A DNA stretch of 63,630 nucleotides, taken from positions 948,564 to 1,012,193 of the forward strand of contig NMRA01000012.1 of assembly GCA_002633005.1 (NCBI GenBank), in the 5' to 3' direction. This stretch comes from Phoronis australis (lineage: Eukaryota > Animalia > Phoronida). How positions within the stretch are numbered: position 1 is the first letter of the stretch; each line of letters begins with the position of its first letter. The notes beneath the pieces were generated by a model. The model was not told the origin of the DNA and did not search any database. It saw only the letters and a program-made list of their open reading frames with translations. Positions 62,901 to 63,630 of this stretch are shown here, one piece after another. The position numbers were made by a program, and so were the translations under genes.

Positions 62901-63397
62901 TGCAAAATTAACTGTATTCAATCTTCCAATGCCAGCAAAGTTTTACTGCTGTGCTGTTGGCTACAACTTGGAGAGCTGGAAGTTGGATAAACTTGAGGAG
63001 TATCCATGGATACGGTATTTTCAGACATGATTTCTCGAATCAGTGCAACATTTGTAAAACGATGCCAATGTAACAACAAATTCTCCTGCCTTAAGGAAAA
63101 TGGAGATTTTCATCAGTGTCCATTGTATAACTGGAATTTAGCTGGCTTTATTTCTGACAGTTGACACTCTCTTGGTTTCAACATGGATTGTTAACTGGGA
63201 TGCAAGAGCACTGTAAGTGACCATTACCATTCTGTACTTTCTAACTCCAGGAGGTCAAGTGGCGATCATCATTCTCATAGGAGTCCACGACTGTTGAGAA
63301 AAGCTCACAAAGTACTAGGAATAACAAAGAACGATAATAAAGAGACAAAAAAGAATCTTAAAATGCCCCACGCTGTTGGAGATTATGTCCATGAAGG
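53841..63397 (+). CDS. PX-domain NADPH-oxidase organizer/adaptor family protein (p47phox/NCF1, NOXO1, SH3PXD2A/B-like), 3' incomplete: join(53841-53912,55232-55312,59584-59635,60083-60165,62768-62886,63251-63397,...)
   Basis: MSSRQLEGVECLGVEKRVTPSKHH|VFVLLVSWSDGTRHPIYRKYSSFFDFL|SLLKEQVSDSVQLPELPA YSKFIRGVFLRDAIMDKKKKIIEDFCQ|HILCLPAHLISSHAVVAFFDKW matches the p47phox/Tks PX domain (VEKR..PSKHY|VY...V.WSD....IYRRYSKFFD). The first two coding exons are 72 and 81 nt, as I recall for NCF1. The last exon ends HAVGDY, a possible SH3 start. Confidence 0.9.
53975..54103. repeat. Tandem repeat, 40 bp x3
   Basis: ttgaacaata.ggggtggaaacaac..agctgttgcactc. Confidence 0.9.
55232..55312 (+). CDS. PX gene coding exon 2
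   Basis: tttttttgcag|VFVLLVSWSDGTRHPIYRKYSSFFDFL|GTGAGT, 81 nt. Confidence 0.93.
56449..57185. mobile_element. Harbinger-like MITE; right part also at ~33105-33202
   Basis: aggctctttgatactaac ... gttagtatgaaagggcct; ccgtttacttcgatgc...gttaagtta.tatgaaaggg is shared with 33105-33202. Confidence 0.55.
58597..58668. repeat. Tandem repeat, 24 bp x3
   Basis: ctgatatttgaagattggtttata. Confidence 0.95.
58984..59354. mobile_element. ~370-bp foldback element (nested inverted repeats)
   Basis: ~115-bp outer arms (includes ggcaggccactgaggtgtcacgtgactcatcatgt / acatgatgagtcacgtgacacctcagtggcctgcc) around a ~45-bp-arm inner hairpin. Confidence 0.85.
59584..59635 (+). CDS. PX gene coding exon 3
   Basis: tcgtttcag|SLLKEQVSDSVQLPELP G|GTGAGT. 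Confidence 0.88.
60083..60165 (+). CDS. PX gene coding exon 4
   Basis: cattttcag|CG YSKFIRGVFLRDAIMDKKKKIIEDFCQ|GTAACT. Confidence 0.85.
62768..62886 (+). CDS. PX gene coding exon 5
   Basis: tttattacag|HILCLPAHLISSHAVVAFFDKWDSDISLGQGNPATDHPR TG|GTAAGC. Confidence 0.88.
63251..63397 (+). CDS. PX gene coding exon 6
   Basis: ctaactccag|G RSSGDHHSHRSPRLLRKAHKVLGITKNDNKETKKNLKMPHAVGDYVHE GG|GTAGGT; only the phase required by exon 5 is open. Confidence 0.75.
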
Positions 63398-63630
63398 GTA
63401 GGTTTTATGTGATCATTGGAAGGTAGCTGGTTTTGACCCAGTCTGTCGATAATTGTTATAATATATAATGTTCCACAACATTACTCTATCAGTTGTTGTA
63501 GTATATAATGCACCACAGCTCTGTTAGTTGTTGCAGTATATAATGTACCACAGCTCTGTCAGTTTGTTCATGAGGTATTGAGATCAATCTGATAAGGGGT
63601 GGTGTACACCAGTCAAGTTGCCCCCCCCCC

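Overview
AT-rich, intron-containing metazoan genomic DNA. The repeat content suggests an invertebrate, possibly a mollusc or other lophotrochozoan (inference). Most ORF-track entries are spurious. Hand-splicing at GT-AG sites gives four phase-consistent genes: (1) ORC6 on the minus strand, 6 exons, 41-7012; (2) a membrane-anchored cupin/JmjC-fold 2OG-Fe(II) oxygenase-like gene on the plus strand, 4 coding exons, 13875-22554; (3) a short interferon regulatory factor (IRF) gene on the minus strand, 27876-30790 with the 5' end unresolved, encoding essentially a DNA-binding domain plus a ~50-aa acidic tail; (4) a p47phox/NOXO1/Tks-family PX(-SH3) gene on the plus strand, from 53841 off the right edge, divergent from the IRF. 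Introns and intergenic DNA are dense with transposon relics: a TTAA-flanked Kolobok-type element with a THAP remnant that hosts a nested CAC...GTG element with a 5-bp TSD, hAT and Sola3-like transposase relics, Helentron-type satellite elements, a LINE fragment, many MITEs and short tandem repeats. Family assignments come from recalled motif similarity, not database searches.
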